Shown here: piece after piece, positions 13,910 to 27,475 of the stretch
Layout: the number at the start of each line of letters is the position of its first letter
How positions within the stretch are numbered: the first letter of the stretch is position 1
Assembly: GCA_964016885.1 (NCBI GenBank)
Contig: CAXHJY010000449.1
Location: 73,409-137,408, forward strand
DNA length: 64,000 nucleotides
Source: Eledone cirrhosa
Taxonomy: Eukaryota
Direction of reading: 5' to 3'
Notes under the pieces: generated by a model
The model's input: the letters and a program-made list of their open reading frames with translations, nothing else
What the model was told of the DNA's origin: nothing
The model's database searches: none
Program-made: the position numbers and the translations under genes

Positions 13910-15030
13910 TGGGTGTTAGGGTGTTCAATTCAATCACAGCATCATGGGTCTGATTCTTGGACCGTGTGGTTGCGTTGCGTTGTGTTGTGTTGTGTCCTTC
14001 AGCACGGCGCATTATTTCACTGATAAAATAAAGTACCAGTAATGCACTGGGTAATTGCTGGCCTTGTGCCTAAAGTAGAAACAATTATTTCACATCACTG
14101 ATGTGAATAGAGCGGTGGATTGGCAGCAGAGTCGTTAGCGGCACATAACTACGTCCCTCACTTTACGTCCCCTGTTCAAATCCCGCCGAGGTCAAATTTG
14201 CCTTCCTTAAGCGGTCGATGAAATTAAGTACCAGTAATGTACTGGTGTTGACTTTCCCCTTCCCCAAAAAATTGTTGGTCTTGCGCCTATACTAGAAGTA
14301 ATAATTATTATAAGGGCGATGGGTTGGCAGTATCGGTAGAGGGTCGTACAACATGCTTTGTGGCATATAGCTACGTCCCTCCCTTTACGTCCTAAGTTCA
14401 AATCCCGCCGAGGTCAACTTTGCCTTTCATCCTCACAGGGTCGATAAACTAAAGTACCAGTAACGTACTGGTTCGATTTAATCGACGTTCCCCTCTCCCC
14501 CAAATTACTGGCCTTATGCCGATACTAGAAATCAATTATTATTACGTGGATTGGCAGTATCGGTAGAGGGTCGGACGCCATGCTTTGCAGCATAGAGTTA
14601 CTGCCCTTTACTGTCTGAGTTCAAATCCCGCCGAGGTCAACTTTGCCTCCCATCCTTACGGGGGTCGATAAAATAAAGCACCAGTAATGCACTGGGGTCG
14701 ATTTAATCGACTTTTCCCCTATCCGAAATTTGTTGGTCTTGTGCCTAAATCAGAAACCATTATTTCACGTGACTCTCACTCTCTCACACAGTCTCTCTCT
14801 CTCTCTCACACAGTCTCTCTCTCTCTCTCACAAGGCGGTGGATTGGCAGTATCGGTAGAGTGTCGGACGCCATGCTTTCCAGCATAGTTACGTCCCTTTA
14901 CGATCTGAGTTCAAATCCCGCCGAGGTTGACTTTGCCTTTCATCCTTACGGGGGTCGATAAAATAAAGTACCAGTAATGCACTGGGTAATTGTTGGTCTT
15001 GTGCCTAAATCAGAAACCATTATTTCACGT
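13910..15030 (+). mobile_element. Cluster of about 5 head-to-tail SINEs (13910-14090 with a different head, 14112-14310, 14315-14545, 14547-14770, 14833-15030)
   Basis: Repeated A/B-box heads and centres. The first copy has a tgtccttcagcacggcgcattatttcac segment resembling CORE-type SINEs, joined to the common tail. Confidence 0.85.
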
Positions 15031-15364
15031 GACTTTTCATAATCAGACTGAAGTGGAAGCGTGAGGGGCATGAGTGTTCCCTATTAAACACCCAAGAAAC
15101 CTTTGAGATCTCGTACAATCTCGTACTAAGCCAGTTAAATATGTATGGGTATGACTTGTCAATTGCAGTTCATTTATCATATCTATCTACCGAGTGATTT
15201 GTCTTGCATTTATTTTTAGGGAGGGCTGCTGGCTTAGGTGTTAGAGTGTCAGACTAAATGCCTTGCGGTATTTGATCCGGCAATTGTTATTTGTTTCACA
15301 TATCCTTCTCCTGATCCCCAATCCCACCCGGAGATCATCGTTATCTTTCATCGTTCCTGGATCA

Positions 15365-16060
15365 ATATATATATACATATATGCACATATATATATATAT
15401 ATATATCCATATACATATATGCACATATATATATATGCATATACATATATGCACATATATATATGCATATAGATATATGCATATACATATATGCACATAT
15501 ATATATGCATATAGATATATGCATATACATATATGCACATATATATATATATATATATATGCATATACATATATGCACATATATATATATATATATGCAT
15601 ATACATATATGCACATATATATATATATATATATATGCATATACATATATGCACATATATATATGCATATAGATATATGCATATATATATATATATATGC
15701 ATATACATATATGCACATATATATATATATATATATCCATATACATATATGCACATATATATATATATATATATATGCATATACATATATGCACATATAT
15801 ATATGCATATAGATATATGCATATACATATATGCACATATATATATGCATATAGATATATGCATATACATATATGCACATATATATGCACATATATATAT
15901 ATATATATATGCATATACATATATGCACATATATATATGCATATAGATATATGCATATATATATATATATGCATATACATATATGCACACATATATATAT
16001 ATACATATATGCACACATATATATATACATATGCATACATATGTATACACACACGTATAC
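15365..16060. repeat. Compound microsatellite gcatatacatatatgcacat(at)n
   Basis: Repeated fixed motif separated by variable (AT)n. Confidence 0.85.
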
Positions 16061-16104
16061 ATGTATATATGCGTATTCATGTCTAACCACTTCTCCTTCC
16101 CCCG

Positions 16105-16830
16105 ACTTTCATCCTTACAGGGTTGATAGCAAAGTACCAGTTACGCACTGGGGCTCATTTAACTGACTTCCCCTCCCCGAAAATTGTTGGCCTTGTCCCT
16201 AAATCAGAAACTTATTAATGGCGGTGAATTGGCAGTATCGGTAGAGTGTCGGACACCAGGCCTCGCAGCATAGAGTTACGGTCCTTTACGCTATAAGTTC
16301 AAATCCCACCGAGATTAGCTTTGCCTTTCATCCTTACGGGGTCGATAAAATAAAGCACCAGTAATGCACTGGGGTCGATTTAATCGACTTTCCACTCTCG
16401 CCAAATTACTGGCCTTGTGCCTATACTAGAAATCATTATTATTATTATGGCGGTGGATTGGCAGTATCGGTAGAGGGTCGGACACCATGATTTGACGCAT
16501 AGAGTTACGGCCCTTGCCATTCTGAGTTCAAATCCCGTCGAGGTTAACTTTGCCTTTCATCCTTACGAGGTCGATAAAATAAAGTACCAGTAGTACACTG
16601 GGTTATTGCTGGCCTTGTGCCAAAAGTAGAAAATTATTATTATTATTATTATCATTATTATTATCGTTATTATTATACATAGTGGTGTGATTGACAGGAT
16701 CTTTACGAGGGGTCGATAAATTCAAATACCATTGAGGGATCGATATAATCGACATTCTCCACCACCCCGTTCCTCCTTCTCCCCAAATTGCTGGCCTTTT
16801 GCCAATGTTAGAGTTACTGTTATTTGTTAC
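16105..16830 (+). mobile_element. SINE cluster (3' fragment 16105-16215, full copies 16219-16445 and 16449-16670, degenerate 16682-16830)
   Basis: Same SINE consensus. Confidence 0.85.
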
Positions 16831-17255
16831 TATTGTTGTTGTTGTTGTTGTTGTTGTTGTTATATATGTTGACGTATGCCGGAAGAAAAGAGATTAAGCT
16901 ACCAGTCAATATAAACCAAAAATCGTATCTCTAAATCAACTTTTTAAAGTCTGATACACAGTCCGAGGACTTTTCTGTTCTCCTTGCACCGGTTGTCTCC
17001 CCTTACGAAAAGAGAAAAGGAAAAGAAAAAAAAGCGAACAAAAAAAAAAAGAACTATACAACTATACAATAAATAATAAAGAATCTATGAACGTCACAAC
17101 ACATTATCCTCCTCCCTCCCTCCCTCCCTCCCTCCCTCCCTAATCCCCTTTTTCCCCCGTCATGAACGCCAGTAAGACTGATAACTCCTTCTGATAATTC
17201 TGATTAGAGAACATTAAGCAACTGACTATCACATTGGTGTGTGTGTGTGTGTGTG

Positions 17256-17545
<290 letters not shown>

Positions 17546-18536
17546 CACAAACATATACATATATATAAGTTTGATAACTTTGATAGGTTTCGGCCAACAT
17601 TGGCCCCTGTTATGTCTAAATAGCACCACCTGAACTTATATAAATATATACATATATATATATGCAAATATATACATATATATATATACAAATATATACA
17701 TATATATGGATATATATATATGCATATATACATATGCATATATATATACGTATCAATAATTACAACACTGACATAAACAGGTACTTAAGTTTCGTTGGGT
17801 TCTGAACCCCAAGTCATTCAGCCTGTCATAAGAAAAAAACATACATACACACACATACATATATATACATATACATATATATATAAATATACACATATAT
17901 ATATACACATACATATATATACACATACATATATATATCCATACATATATACATACACATATATACATATACATATATAAACATATATATATGTATACAT
18001 ATATATATGTATACATATATATATGTATACATATATATATGTATACATATATATATGTATACATATATCTATGTATACATATATATATGTATACATATAT
18101 ATATGTATACATATATATATGTATACATATATGTATATATATATATATATATATAATATACTGAATAATTCAAGGAATGTTTTGATATACCTAAATTTCA
18201 TAAATTTTTAAACCCCTACAAAAACACACACAAACATACATACAAACACACACAGACAAACACATACATACATACATATACACAGACAAACACATACACG
18301 TACAACCATCGTTCTATTTGGACTCGTACCTACAGTTAGGGAGATGTGTTTTTTTCCCCCATTTTGCTCTCCCTGCTAAACCGACTGATGAAGCTAGAAC
18401 AAACTCAAAACAATTTTATAGAATTTTCTCTCCTTCCCCATCCTCTAAACCTTTTCCCCTATCACCCCATATTCCAATTTTTTCCTCCCTATATTTCGTT
18501 GGATTTGTTTTCTTCTTTCTTTGCTGTCATATATAT

Positions 18537-18625
<89 letters not shown>

Positions 18626-18801
18626 ATTATATATATAATATATATATATAAACAGATATGAATGAATCGTTGAAATGTTTACGAAGAACTTTTGAAATTG
18701 GAAAAATAAAATGCTGCTCTAATTTTTAATATTTCATCTTTATTTTGTTATTCTAAATATTTAATATATATATGTTGTGTGATTATGTATATTTTAATGC
18801 C

Positions 18802-18890
<89 letters not shown>

Positions 18891-19020
18891 CTAGCTGTTG
18901 AAACGTCAGCAGCTCAGCCACCGGCGGAGTCTGAAACCATATTACTCAGTCTACTACCCCAAGTGTCGAGTACTCTGGTGAGTAATGGTCTAACTGGTTT
19001 GTACTGCATCCATAGTAATA

Positions 19021-19056
<36 letters not shown>

Positions 19057-19063
<7 letters not shown>

Positions 19064-19372
19064 GTGAGGTTTTTTTTACAAAATGAAAAATAACCGAGGT
19101 GTCCTACACGAGTGGAAGTATAAAGAAAAAGAGATGAAATCGAAAATGCAACTGGAGTCTTATTTTTTTTTTAAATATATATATTTATTTGGTTCCTTTA
19201 CCGGTTTCGCAGTTCTTCTGCTTTTCAATGTGAGAAAAACCACAGACCCTCCATCTCAACTCACATTTTGAATAGCAGAAGAACTGCGAAACCGGTAAAG
19301 GAACCAAATAAATATATATATTTAAAAAAAAATAAGACTCCAGTTGCATTTTCGATTTCATCTCTTTTTCTT
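19057..19372. mobile_element. Foldback PLE-derived element (family A): inverted arms 19123-19228 and 19268-19372, each with an HHR-like fold
   Basis: Arms are near-perfect reverse complements; flanked by (TA)n; homologous copies at 43541-43790 and 60327-60608. Confidence 0.8.
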
Positions 19373-19378
19373 CATATA

Positions 19379-19440
<62 letters not shown>

Positions 19441-19549
19441 AAATGGCTTCTACAGGTCTAGAATTGTTTCATTCGAAGGAAAACATCAGGAAAGCCTGAT
19501 GATTTCGAGTACGTTACTGTGGTTAGCCTCGATTGAACCCACGACTATC

Positions 19550-19624
<75 letters not shown>

Positions 19625-20108
19625 ATAAAAACGAAGAAGTTTCGTTCACATGTATGTATGCGTTTTATTTGATGTCAACCTGTTTCGCGTAGTTTCGCAT
19701 CTCAGATTTCAGAAAAATTCAGAAATTTCAAACAAATTAAATCACATTCGATGCATTAGAAACTTCATAATTTTTTTTTATCTTAAGTGGAGAATGTCTA
19801 TATCATAAAACTCTATCGTTTTTACTTACGTATACATTGTAAAAAAAAAAATTCCGCCATTTTTTTTTATTTTTTTTTTATGTGTATGTTAGTCGAATAA
19901 TCTCATATCCTTCATAGAAATTATTCAGATTTTCTGCAAGTTAGGAGGATGTTAGCAACTTCTATCACAGAAAAGTACATTGCAGTAAATTTACTTTTTT
20001 TACAATAAAAAATATCTGAATAACGTGTGAAACTGATAACATTTTGATGGTATATAAACATTTCTTTTTTTGTGATCAAATTTTCAATACAAACACGTGT
20101 GTGTGTAC

Positions 20109-20155
<47 letters not shown>

Positions 20156-20485
20156 CATATATATATATATATGCACATATACCTATACATAGATATTTAT
20201 ACATATACATACATATACGTACATATATACATATATCTATACATATATACATAGATATAGATATTTATACATATATAGATATATACATATATACATATAT
20301 ATTTATACATATATACATATATATTCATACATATATATATACATATATAGATATATACATATATCTATACATATAGATATTTATACATACACATATATAC
20401 ATATACATATATACACATATATACACATATACATATATACACTTATGCATATACATATATATACATATATTTACACGTTTATATA

Positions 20486-21402
20486 TATTGTTATACTTTG
20501 GGAGGGTCATGGTGCCAATACAAACACACGCACTGGCTGAGTTTCATTGAAATTTATTATTAGTTAAATAACTAATCCATCGATCAGTTAGTTTAGTAAC
20601 CGAGTGGTTATTTAATTATTAATTGTCAAAGCACTTTCGTCACACATCCTGTGACCTTCTCAATTACTATTTCTCTTCTGTTCTATTTTACTCCATCTTG
20701 TCTTTTTGATGTGTGTAGGTATGTGTCTTTCTGTTACGTTTTCCCTCCAAGTCCTTGTACGTGTGCATGTCTTAGCGACATACCAAATCAGAACCAAAAC
20801 ATGGAGATTCACTGGAAAACATTGAAATAAAATATATCTACACACCAAACAGATGCAATGCAATGCTCAGTTAGATTTCAGAAGCGACATACAAAACTGA
20901 ATGTAAGCCAAAACTCAATAGAAAGCATGAATGGAATAACAACCCAACAACAGTGACTAAGAAGCATATAAGGACACAAAAGAAGAAAATCTTATAGGAT
21001 ACACAGATATAGAATACAAAATATAGAACTAGTGACGAACAAGAGAAACAAACAAAACAAAACACGCATGCACACAAAGATTTGGAGAAAAATGAGGCAA
21101 AGACACACATGCACACACCGAAGTAATATAGACACACGCACAAACGTGCGTAGGCCAGATACACCCCTCAAAAAGACAAGATGGAGTAAAATAGAATAGA
21201 GGAGAAACAGACCAATATCTAGTCATTGGGAAGGTCACAGGATGTGTGACAAAAGAACTTTGACAATTAATAATTAAACATCCACCTGGTTACTAAAGTA
21301 TCCGTTAAATTGATTAGTTATTCAACTAATACTAAATTTAAGTGAAACTCAATGGTGCGTGTGGTTTTATTGTCAACATGACTCTACCAAAGTATAACTA
21401 TA
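20486..21402. mobile_element. Element with about 180-bp imperfect inverted termini (20486-20670 and 21220-21402)
   Basis: gttatactttgg...cgtcacacatcctgtgaccttc mirrors gaaggtcacaggatgtgtgac...ccaaagtataac. Confidence 0.6.
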
Positions 21403-21479
21403 TTGGTTTTAACATACGATTTCACATCAAATATCTTGCGAAGGAAAAAAAAAATGAAGTATGTGTGTGAGTATCTGTG

Positions 21480-22110
21480 TGATGGTCGTGGGGGTAAGAG
21501 TCCTCAAATATTCCTTCCAGTGAGTCCTGTCAGAAACGACTATCTCCAATTGTTCCAGCCGGATCCCCAAGCGTGACCAGCCAAGCTCATGGATGCTATC
21601 CAACCATTTTGCTCTGAATCTACGCCTGGGTTTTCTGCCCATTGGTCTTGCCCATAAAACCTGTCCAGCAATTCTTTCTTGAGACAGTCTAACCACATGC
21701 CCGTAATATCGGAGCTGTGATCTCACTATTCGGAGAAGTAGCGGCTCTCCATCTCCGAGCTACGAACTCTATCGAGTAACGTTTGCTCCGAAGATCGTTC
21801 GGAGGAACCCCATTTCGGCCGGTTGTATTCGCAATCGTATTCTTTCAGTCATTACCTAAGGTTCGTGGCCATAGGTATGGGTTGGCACAAAGACCGAATT
21901 GAAGATAGCGAGTTTGGCTTTTACACCTACTGCTGATTATAGAATGGTGAAGCTCGGTCAACTGCTGGTTGGTTTTGCCCTTAAAATCTGTCCTGCGATT
22001 CTTTCCTGAGACATTCTAACCTCATGCCCGTAATATCGGAGCTGTGATCTTACAATTCGGAGAAGTAACACCTCTACCTGAAGCGATTCTCTGATCTCCG
22101 TTGCCCTACA
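21480..22110 (-). mobile_element. RTE-clade (Expander/Rex3-like) LINE 3' fragments, partially duplicated
   Basis: Minus-strand peptides AKLAIFNSVFVPTHTYGHE, IQPAEMGFLR and RSQLRYYGHVVRLSQERIAGQVLWARPMGRKPR...W are typical of RTE ORF C-termini; stops and frameshifts present. Confidence 0.8.
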
Positions 22111-22327
22111 GTCGAGCTTAATAGTTGAGCTTTTAAGCGTTTTTCTATGATGTTGTGCGGGATATAACTTTACCAAAATACAAGATTCGCCATCGAAATA
22201 ACATCGATTGATACCATTAATTCACAGATATATCGGAGCTGGGATTTATCGGACATTCACATCTTAATATCTGCCATTCTGGATAACCACATGTACGCGC
22301 GTGTGTGTGTGTGTGTGTGTATGTGTA

Positions 22328-22415
<88 letters not shown>

Positions 22416-23118
22416 CGTGCGTGTGTGCGTGCGTGCGTGTGTGTGTACATATGGATATAGATAACTAGAGAGACATTTCAATACATATAATCATATACTT
22501 AAACACATATATACTTACATACATACATATAGAAACAAAGAAAGTGTGGTAAGGAACCAGGTGTACCAGAGTACCCGATACTTAAGGTAGTAGAGTGGGT
22601 AATAAAAAAGTCAAGACCCCGACGGATCTAGCTGTCGAAACGGCCGGAGCTCAGCCGTCGGGGTCCTGACTTTTTCCTACATATATATATATATATATAC
22701 ATACACATACATACATATATGCTTACATATATGCATATACATACCTACATATATACATACATATACTTACCTACATATATAGTATGAGAGAGAGAAAGAT
22801 TGTTGTGTATGTCTGTGGCTGAGCTATCCTTGTTAAAACTATAAATCTGCAAAGTTGAGCCGAGGTTAAATGAAGTGATGTTTATATTAGCAATAACACT
22901 TAAACGGCTAAGATGAGACACCATTGGAAGTACAAGTAACCAGTATAACTGTATCGCCAACAGCGACATCTTGTGGATATGCATAGCGTCCCAAAACAAT
23001 GTATGCATACTTTGATTACCTGTACAGGCGATATTTATTAGAATACTATTGAAGTCTGTATACATTTTTTCCGACAACCTGTATACACATTCTTGTGTAT
23101 ACATATGTGTGCGCGCGT

Positions 23119-23157
<39 letters not shown>

Positions 23158-23191
23158 TATATTTATGTATATATGTAAGTATATATATGTT

Positions 23192-23244
<53 letters not shown>

Positions 23245-23448
23245 ATATATATATACATGTTTATATATATACGTGTGTATACGTGTATATATACACAGGT
23301 TGATGATTTCTTCCGAGTTAAACAGTTCTAGTCCTGTAGAAACCTTTTCTATATTAAGTAAATGTTTATATATATATATATATATGTTTATTTATATATG
23401 TTTATATATATATGTGTTTATATATACACGTTATACATACACAAGGTT

Positions 23449-23530
<82 letters not shown>

Positions 23531-23536
<6 letters not shown>

Positions 23537-23850
23537 ATATAGTGTATTTTGCAATACACTGTATGCTTAATTAAAAGCATTTCAAAGAACTTCTGCTATT
23601 GTTTTAGAGTAGTGACAGTCTCACTTACTTTAATTTTCAGAAAACAGGGGGAGATAAAGCTGACAAGGCCTTGTTTCGCATTTATTGATTCTTATCAAAG
23701 CCAACTACTCCTCCTGTTTGCTGAAATCATGGATGTTTGGTTCTTATAGAATTCTAGTAAATAATCAGGAACTGGTTATACAGAGCTTAAGCATACAGTG
23801 TATTGCAAAATACACTATATATACATTCATATATATATAGCTATTTCAGA
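23531..23850. mobile_element. PLE-derived element (family B) with 40-bp inverted ends (23531-23570 and 23787-23826); relative at 42425-42730
   Basis: atgtatatatagtgtattttgcaatacactgtatgcttaa and its reverse complement; internal HHR-like fold on the minus strand at 23659-23701. Confidence 0.65.
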
Positions 23851-24034
23851 GCACCAATTCTAATTTTCAATTTCTGCTTGACCGGCGATCGCTGGTTGCT
23901 ATGCGTTAGCGCGTGAATCTGGTTGCTATGTGCTAGCCAGCGCGTGAGGCTGGTTCTGTTTCTGTCTTTACCAGGCAAGCAATGTTTAATGTTTCTGGGT
24001 CATTTATTTTGTTTGTTTCATAATAATCTTTGAC

Positions 24035-24116
<82 letters not shown>

Positions 24117-24903
24117 ATATAATAATACATATGTGTATATATATATATATTATATGTATATAATATATATAATATATAGATATATATATATATAATATAT
24201 ATAATATATAGATATATATATATAATATCTATATAATATATATATTATATATGTATAATATCTATATAATATATATATTATATATGTATAATATTTATAT
24301 ATTATATAGATATTATATATATATAATACATAATATACAAATATTATACATATATAATATATATATTTTTTTATATATAAATATATTATATAATATATAT
24401 GCCAGGTAGTGCTATTAAGTTAGACATGGCCTGGGCCAATACTGGCCGAAACGTCTCAAAGTTATATATACGGGATCGATAAAATAATAAAATAAAGCGC
24501 CAGTAATGCACTGGGGTAATTGCTGGCCTTGTGCCAAGAGTAGATACAATAATATATATATTTTAAAAACAACTCCAGAGAAGTTCGTTTATTGTCCAGT
24601 ATGAAATAGTTTCAATACAAAACAAACATATTCAATATAATAAACCTCAGAATGTCAGGAAAGGCCAGACATTATATAAAACTCATTGAGCTTAAAACAC
24701 TATTAAAGGTAACAAAAGCTAAGTTACACTGACAAACAGTATCCGTGTAAAGAAATACACACACACAGAGACACATATATATATATATATATTATATCTA
24801 TACATATATCTAATATATATATATATATATTATACCTATACATATATATTATATCTATACATATATCTAATATATATATATATATATTATACCTATACAT
24901 ATA

Positions 24904-24945
<42 letters not shown>

Positions 24946-24957
24946 CCTATACATATA

Positions 24958-25021
<64 letters not shown>

Positions 25022-25238
25022 CCTATACATATATCTAATATATATATATATATACATATATATAATATATATATATATATATAATATATATATATTATAC
25101 CTATACATATATCTAATATTTATATATATATAAATATATATAATATATATATATATATATAATATATATATATATTATACCTATACATATATCTAATATA
25201 TATATAATATATATATATATATTATACCTATACATATA

Positions 25239-25298
<60 letters not shown>

Positions 25299-25321
25299 TA
25301 TATAATATATATATAATATAT

Positions 25322-25364
<43 letters not shown>

Positions 25365-25365
<1 letters not shown>

Positions 25366-25773
25366 GTTGGGATTTTTTGAAATTGTTGGGATACAACAAG
25401 CAAATATTTTTATAACTGATATAAAGCACTCAACAAATTATTGGAGTAAAAATACGATATATTAACAAATGGAAACTATATTTATAAAACCATATTCATT
25501 TCATTATACATATTTCAAGGACACCAAGTCAAATTATGGTGCGCTTTCATCAGATAAAATATAATATAGATCAGTTTTATAAATAAATAGTTATCCGGGA
25601 GCTTCCAACAGAAATGGTCGCATTATTTAAGGGTATGTCAATATTTATTTATAAAACTGATCTATATTATATTTTATCTGATGAAAGCGCACCATAATTT
25701 GACTTGGTGTCCTTGAAATATGTATAATGAAATAATATGGTTTTATAAATATAGTTTCCATTTGTTAATATAT
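25365..25773. mobile_element. Foldback PLE-derived element (family C): inverted arms about 25457-25589 and 25642-25773; colinear copy at about 38192-38455
   Basis: Reverse-complement arms inside a (TA)n tract; both arms contain the same HHR. Confidence 0.82.
25670..25734 (+). ncRNA. Type I hammerhead ribozyme (predicted); mirror copy on the minus strand at 25497-25561
   Basis: Stem I tattttat/atgaaata; CUGAUGA; stem II aag-c-gcacca/tggtgt-c-ctt; GAAA; U-atgt-A; cleavage triplet AUA. Confidence 0.72.
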
Positions 25774-25935
25774 CATATATATATATAATATATATATATA
25801 TTATACTTATACATGTATCTAATATATATATATATTATACCTATACATGTATCTAATATATATATATATATTATACCTATACATGTATCTAATATATATA
25901 TATATTATACCTATACATGTATCTATTATATATAC

Positions 25936-25967
<32 letters not shown>

Positions 25968-26060
25968 GTATATATATATATGTATATATATATATATGTA
26001 TATATATATATGTATATATATATATGTATAAATATATATGTATATATGTATATATATATG

Positions 26061-26092
<32 letters not shown>

Positions 26093-26212
26093 TGTAAATA
26101 TATATGTATATATATATATGTATATATATATATGTATATATATATGTAAATATATATGTATATATATATATGTATATATATATATGTATATATATGTATA
26201 TATATATATATG

Positions 26213-26243
<31 letters not shown>

Positions 26244-26334
26244 GTATATATATATGTATATATATATGTATTTATATATATATATGTATATTTATATATA
26301 TATGTATATATATATGTATATATATATATGTATA

Positions 26335-26393
<59 letters not shown>

Positions 26394-26608
26394 GTATATA
26401 TATGTATATATATATATATATAATACTTATACATCATATATATATACGTATATATATATATACATATTATATATACATTTGTATATACACATATATATAT
26501 ATATTCATGTGTGTGTGTGTTCGGAGCCATTCACGCTGACATAGTCGAAGAAAATACTTCTAGTATTTCAAGCTTAAAATATAGAAATACGGAAACATAA
26601 TATTTGAT

Positions 26609-26660
<52 letters not shown>

Positions 26661-26827
26661 CATACACTAATTTCTGATTTAATCAATATATATATAATAT
26701 ATATTTCAATAATGTTTCTCAGTACAAACCTCTATAAACAGCAGTTCCGAGCATCAATCATATAAATTTAAAGCATATATCAATCGATATATTCTGTTCT
26801 ATATGGTTTAAACACACACACATCCTA

Positions 26828-26865
<38 letters not shown>

Positions 26866-26909
26866 TTAATTCAAAATATTAACAAAATAGATATTCTTGT
26901 GATCAAGTA

Positions 26910-26976
26910 TATTTTATTATACATATTTCAGAGGTACTGAGCTATCTTCAACAGTACGTCCTCATCAGATAAAATA
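26910..26976 (-). ncRNA. Type I hammerhead ribozyme (predicted)
   Basis: Minus strand: tattttat CUGAUGA ggacgtactg ttgaagatagct cagtacctct GAAA u-atgt-a UA ataaaata; perfect 8-bp stem I and 9 of 10 pairs in stem II. Confidence 0.75.
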
Positions 26977-27443
26977 AGATGATGCTTGACATACCTTGAC
27001 TAAGTAGATGGTTAAAATTCAGTCATGGCAGTCTTGACTCGTGTGTTACACCTCTATTCTTTTAAATATATATATATATAATAGTAGAACACTGGTGAGG
27101 TATATCCGTAGTAGTAGAGCACTCAGTCCATGGGACGAGTTTGGTAGAAGTAGTAACACAACAGTTAGTTCACCATACCGAGAATAATTGTTTCACCTTA
27201 TGCGGATCTTCAGCTCGTCCGAGCTGTTACTACTTTATATATATATATATTGTATATTGTTGAAAAAAATTCAACCAGGATCGCTATATGTATCGGTATT
27301 AGACCCGTGTTAAACTAATTAGACATTTATTCAATAGAGTACTCGATAATTGGGATAATAGAGTGTGACTATATTAGAAAGAGTCGGAATTAGCTGTTGA
27401 AACGGCAAGAGCTCAGCCGTAGAGCCCCGACTCTTTCTAACAC

Positions 27444-27474
<31 letters not shown>

Positions 27475-27475
27475 C

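Noticed and set aside
19496-19550. CUGAUGA followed by a tcgag/ctcga hairpin
   Set aside because: Followed by GAAC with no convincing stem I or III; at best a heavily decayed HHR
23890-23955. Duplicated ggttgctatg motif (RFX X-box-like)
   Set aside because: Half-sites only, in a short local duplication; no supporting gene context
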